Program-made: the position numbers and the translations under genes
DNA from: Parcubacteria group bacterium GW2011_GWA2_40_143
GTDB taxonomy: Bacteria; Patescibacteriota; Minisyncoccia; UBA9983
Length of the DNA stretch: 39,125 nucleotides
Assembly: GCA_000996035.1 (NCBI GenBank)
Contig: LBYH01000005.1
Location: 1-39,125, forward strand
Direction of reading: 5' to 3'
Notes under the pieces: generated by a model
Told to the model about the DNA's origin: nothing
The model's input: the letters and a program-made list of their open reading frames with translations, nothing else
The model's database searches: none
In this document: in pieces, positions 37,188-39,125 of the stretch
Numbering within the stretch: position 1 is the stretch's first letter
Layout: every line of letters starts with the position of its first letter

Positions 37188-38942
37188 ATGATGACATCGT
37201 CGCAAATTCGCCAAAAATTTCTTAGGTTCTTTGAGGAAAGAGGGCATACTATAATACCCAGCGCTTCTTTGGTGCCAAACGAGGCGGATCCGACAGTGCT
37301 TTTTACCACGGCTGGAATGCATCCTTTAGTGCCGTATTTTCTTGGTGAGAAACACCCCGGGGGCAAAAGAGTCGTCAGTTCTCAAAAGTGCGTCCGCACC
37401 GCGGACATATCAGAGGTGGGAGATGCGAGTCATTTAACTTTTTTTGAAATGCTCGGTAACTGGTCTTTTGGCGATTATTTTAAAAAAGAGGCGATAGAGT
37501 GGAGTTGGGAATTTCTTACTGATAAACAATGGCTAGGGCTTGATAAAAATCGTCTAGCTGTTTCCGTATTCGCCGGAGACGCTGACGCGCCTTTTGACGA
37601 AGAAGCCTTTAATCTTTGGAAGAGATTTGGAGTGCCGGAAAAGAAGATATCCAAATTGCCGAAGAAAAATAATTGGTGGGGGCCGGCCGGAACATCGGGG
37701 CCGTGCGGACCGGATACGGAAATTTTTTATTGGACGGGAGATCCGGATAAAATACCGGAAACATTTAATGATGATAATAACTTGTGGGTGGAAATCTGGA
37801 ATAACGTTTTTATGGAATATAATAAAACCGATGAGGGCAACTTTGAGCCGCTCAAGCAGAAAAACGTGGACACCGGCATGGGGCTAGAGAGAATTATCAT
37901 GATATTGCAAGATAAAGATAATGTATATGAGACGGACCTTTTCCAACCGATAGTTGATAAAGTCAAAAGTCAAAAGTCAAAAGTCAAAATTGAAGAAAAA
38001 TCTATCAGAGTAATTGCCGACCACATAAAGGCCAGTGTCTTCATAATCGCCGACGATGTGGAGCCCTCCAATACCGGCAGAGGATACGTTTTAAGAAGAC
38101 TCATAAGGCGAGCGGTAAGACACGGAAAATTGCTGGGGATTGGAGAAAACTTTTTGGCAAAAGTTGCCGGATCTGTTTTTGAAATTTATAAAGAATCTTA
38201 TCCGGAACTTAAACAAAGTAAAGAAAAAATTTTGGATGAAATAAAAAAAGAAGAAGAAAGATTTACCAAAACTCTCAACCACGGATTAAAAGAGTTTGGT
38301 AAGATAGCAAAAAATAAAATTATCTCTGGCAGGGATGCCTTTATTCTCTTTTCCACTTATGGGTTTCCTGTAGAGATTACTCAGGATATGGCTAAAGAAA
38401 AAGGGATTGATGTAGACATAGAAAGCTTTGATAAGGAGCTTAAAGAACATCAAGAGCTTTCCAAAACCGCTTCGGTTGGCATGTTTAAGGGCGGTCTCTC
38501 TTCTGCCGGAGCGCGAACAGCCAAACTCCACACAGCCACGCATCTTCTTCACGCGGCTTTAAGAAAAGTTTTGGGAGACCATGTTTCTCAGAAAGGCAGC
38601 AATATCACGGAAGAGAGATTGCGTTTTGATTTTTCTCATCCGGAAAAGCTTACGGAAGAGCAGAAGCGGGAACTGGAAGATCTGGTAAACGAGAAAATAA
38701 AAGAAGACCTGTCCGTCATTTGCGAAGAGATGGAATTGAACGAAGCCAAAAACTCTGGCGCCATAGGCATCTTTGGAAGCAAATATGGCGATAAGGTGAA
38801 GGTGTATTCGGTTGGCGATTTCTCTAAAGAAATTTGCGGCGGCCCTCATGCCAAAACTACCGGCGAGCTTGGGAGATTTAAAATTGTCAAAGAAGAAGCT
38901 GCTTCCGCCGGTGTCCGCCGAATCAAAGCAATATTGGAGTAA
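37188..38942 (+). CDS. alaS: Alanine--tRNA ligase (short form)
   Basis: LFTTAGM, HLTFFEMLGNWSFGDYFK, CGPDTEI, DTGMGLER, YVLRRLIRRA; editing HTATH and CGGPH; ends at GVRRIKA. Confidence 0.98.
   Translation: MMTSSQIRQKFLRFFEERGHTIIPSASLVPNEADPTVLFTTAGMHPLVPYFLGEKHPGGKRVVSSQKCVRTADISEVGDASHLTFFEMLGNWSFGDYFKKEAIEWSWEFLTDKQWLGLDKNRLAVSVFAGDADAPFDEEAFNLWKRFGVPEKKISKLPKKNNWWGPAGTSGPCGPDTEIFYWTGDPDKIPETFNDDNNLWVEIWNNVFMEYNKTDEGNFEPLKQKNVDTGMGLERIIMILQDKDNVYETDLFQPIVDKVKSQKSKVKIEEKSIRVIADHIKASVFIIADDVEPSNTGRGYVLRRLIRRAVRHGKLLGIGENFLAKVAGSVFEIYKESYPELKQSKEKILDEIKKEEERFTKTLNHGLKEFGKIAKNKIISGRDAFILFSTYGFPVEITQDMAKEKGIDVDIESFDKELKEHQELSKTASVGMFKGGLSSAGARTAKLHTATHLLHAALRKVLGDHVSQKGSNITEERLRFDFSHPEKLTEEQKRELEDLVNEKIKEDLSVICEEMELNEAKNSGAIGIFGSKYGDKVKVYSVGDFSKEICGGPHAKTTGELGRFKIVKEEAASAGVRRIKAILE
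37959..37989 (+). repeat. Perfect 7-bp tandem repeat inside alaS
   Basis: (AAAGTCA)x4 plus AAA, encoding KVKSQKSKVK. Confidence 0.9.
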
Positions 38943-38977
38943 TAACCCACTTGGAGACTGAGTCTCCAAGTGGGTTA
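38943..38977. repeat. Perfect palindrome after alaS (possible terminator or REP-like)
   Basis: TAACCCACTTGGAGACT-G-AGTCTCCAAGTGGGTTA, 17-bp arms, no U-tract. Confidence 0.85.
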
Positions 38978-39004
38978 GATCATAAAACCGGAAGCCATTT
39001 TATT

Positions 39005-39057
39005 TTTTACTCCAATGTCAAGGTTGAACCTTGACATTGGAGTAAAAGTTATCCACA
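39005..39057. promoter_or_regulatory. Perfect palindrome plus DnaA box
   Basis: TTTTACTCCAATGTCAAGGTT-G-AACCTTGACATTGGAGTAAAA (21-bp arms) then TTATCCACA at 39049-39057. Confidence 0.7.
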
Positions 39058-39125
39058 CCTTTCATTTCTTTTATTTTTTCCTATGTTTAAATAATCTTAA
39101 TGTGTCTGAAAGAAATATCGTCGCA

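Noticed and set aside
38943-39125. oriC
   Set aside because: Only one DnaA box, no cluster, and no dnaA/dnaN visible; cannot be excluded beyond the window edge.

Overview
Bacterial chromosome segment using genetic code 11 (TGA terminates lepA and others). Shortened AlaRS, EF-Ts and RF1, CCA-less tRNA genes, an orphan VirD4/TraG-like ATPase and large Cys/Ser/Thr-rich surface proteins suggest a Patescibacteria/CPR (Parcubacteria-like) genome; that is an inference, not a database result. Housekeeping content: groES-groEL, RNase P RNA, murJ, lepA, an FtsB/DivIC-like gene, tRNA-Gly(CCC), murB, prfA, rpmE, rpsB-tsf, tRNA-Thr(TGT), alaS. Accessory content: an MNT antitoxin with an internally deleted HEPN toxin, a GT4/GtrA cluster, a coiled-coil lytic transglycosylase, and an ~11 kb block between rpmE and rpsB (two secreted repeat proteins, one split by a 25-bp tandem duplication, then a GT-C / GT2 / PMT-like trio). 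The most unexplained signal is a family of 70-90 bp hairpins with a conserved loop and compensatory stem changes. One is inserted in frame inside a glycosyltransferase, two bracket the transglycosylase gene with apparently swapped arms, and a solo arm abuts the start of the N-terminally truncated prfA. Also present: a second long inverted-repeat element, odd-length palindromes coupled to DnaA boxes, 7-bp tandem arrays inside genes, and many apparently leaderless promoters. No transposase, integrase, reverse transcriptase or CRISPR array is visible.
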